The notes below the pieces were generated by a model, which made no database searches, was not told the DNA's origin, and saw nothing but the letters and a program-made list of their open reading frames with translations. The translations under genes and the position numbers were made by a program. From assembly GCA_051313645.2 (NCBI GenBank), contig JBNRSN020000004.1, positions 260,090,001 through 260,154,000 of the forward strand: DNA of 64,000 nt. The letters run 5' to 3'. Below, piece by piece: positions 62,438-64,000 of this stretch (position 1 is its first letter; every line of letters begins with the position of its first letter). Origin of the DNA: Centroscyllium fabricii (lineage: Eukaryota).

Positions 62438-64000
62438 AGGGAATTTTCGTGTCCCCGGCGGGCGGGGTTTTGGGCGGGCGGCAGATGAAAATTCGACAAT
62501 TTTGGTTCCCGCCCATTCCCCGCCCAATTTGAATTTTCGTGTGGGCTTTTTTCCCGCCCCAAATCTGTACCGCCGGCGCCCGGCGGGGATGCTTGTTCAG
62601 GTCATTAAGGGCCCTTAATTGGCATCAGTAATCCCATTTTAAGGGCCCTTCGCCATTTTCATGTGTTTCACGCACAAATCCCGCCAAGATAAACCCCGTC
62701 AGGTGAAACCCTTGTGTGAACTCAGTGGGACTGCTGAGTATCTGTGTCCGGTCACTCAATGAAGGCTCACATTTAATCAGCCATCATTTGCTTGCGCAAA
62801 CACATTGTTCTCTCAGTCCTGGGGATATTTGCAACAGGCCTCAGCACACCTGTGGAAGGTTGAATCCACAAACACTTCTGCAGTGTGACCTGGGAAAGCC
62901 CTCGCAGTTCCCCCCCCACCTCTCCCTCACTCAGCTTCCCTTGCCGAGGCTGCCAGCACAGCCATGGGAGCCATTTTCCTCCTTCCCTTCTTGGGATTGC
63001 ATGATCTCTACCAGGAGCAGATGCGGCTACAGCAGCAACAGCAGCAGCCACACCAGGAGCCTGACGCTCCTGCGGACCCTCCGCGGACCCTCCGTGGGCA
63101 GCATTGGCCAGAAGGCATCGGCGCATCCAAGGCCGTCGCCGCAGCAGATACCCACCAAACAGGGTCTACAGAGTCCGAGCCACCTACCTCAACATGAGTG
63201 AGTGGCGGTGCCAAAGGCTACTCCGACTTTCCCGAGAGGCAGTCACAGACACCATGATGCAGCAAGAGCTGGAGCCCAGCACACCAGGTAGACATGCCTT
63301 ACCAGTGGCCCTCAAAGTCACCACCGCACTCAACTTCTTTGCCTCGGGCTCATTCCAGGGATCAGCAGCCGACAGCAGCGGAATCTCCCAGTCAGCCGCA
63401 CACTCCTGCATCACCCAGGTAACCGATGCCCTCTTTGCCCGCGCCCACAATTTCATCCATTTTACCACGGATCGCGCAAGTGTGAGGGCCCGAGCGATTG
63501 GAATGGCTCGTCTGGCAGGCTTCCCAAGGGTACAGGGCATCATTGACTGCACACATGTGGCCCTTAGGGAACCCAACGACAACCCAGTAGCTTTTCTCAA
63601 CCGCAAGAGCTTCCATTCACTCAATTTTCAGCTGGCGTGTGACAACAACATGGAGATTTTGCATGTTTGTGCCAGGTACCCTGGCAGCTGCCATGACTCC
63701 TATGTCCTGCGCCAATCAACCTTGCCTACGCTCTTCACACCGCCGGACCAGCTTCCGGGGTGGCTACTTGGAGACAAGGGCTATCCCCTCAGGACTTGGC
63801 TCATGATGCCGGTCAGGAGGCCAGCCAATGAGTCTGAGGAGAACTACAACTCCAGACACATCTGCACCAGAAGCATTATAGAGCACACCATCGGCTTGCT
63901 CAAGATGCGTTTCAGATGCTTGGACAGATCAGGTGGAGCCCTTCAATACACCCCAGCCAGGGTCTCCAGAATGGTAGTGGTGTGCTGTCAACTTCACAAC
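62438..64000 (+). mobile_element. PIF/Harbinger DNA transposon (left end and transposase), runs off the window
   Basis: GC-rich subterminal repeats from ~62438, then transposase. Confidence 0.88.
62964..64000 (+). CDS. Harbinger (HARBI1-like) DDE transposase; frameshift near N-terminus, open from 63194 to window end
   Basis: Manual translation: ALNFFASGSFQ, GFPRVQGIIDCTH, NRKSFHSLN, YPGSCHDS, LLGDKGY, IEHTIGLLKMRFRCL. Confidence 0.92.

Overview
Vertebrate genomic DNA, probably a shark or ray (inferred from HE1-like V-SINEs and HER1-like CR1 tails), made almost entirely of transposable elements with only weak candidate host exons. Five copies of one short-LTR Ty3/Gypsy lineage: A (1-3604), B (15217-20007), C (25498-30325), D (24338-45880) and E (52356-55045). 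Also: a young env-less retrovirus-like provirus F with 1772-bp LTRs and dual RNase H (31910-42857), a tRNA-Trp-primed Gypsy G (56070-60165), two related solo LTRs, CR1 LINEs, Penelope-like fragments, SINEs and PIF/Harbinger elements. About 24-61 kb appears to be one Harbinger Myb/SANT gene expanded by nested insertions. Top leads: (1) the A-E lineage has no tRNA PBS; the PBS position is instead complementary to a poly(A)-signal-containing motif in its own LTR, with compensatory changes across three subfamilies, suggesting self-priming; (2) provirus F has a UGA-CUA gag-pol readthrough junction and a lokiretrovirus-like layout; (3) two CR1 copies carry an unrecognised, apparently structured ~120-nt module in the 3' UTR. 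Coordinates and identities were read by eye; no searches were run.
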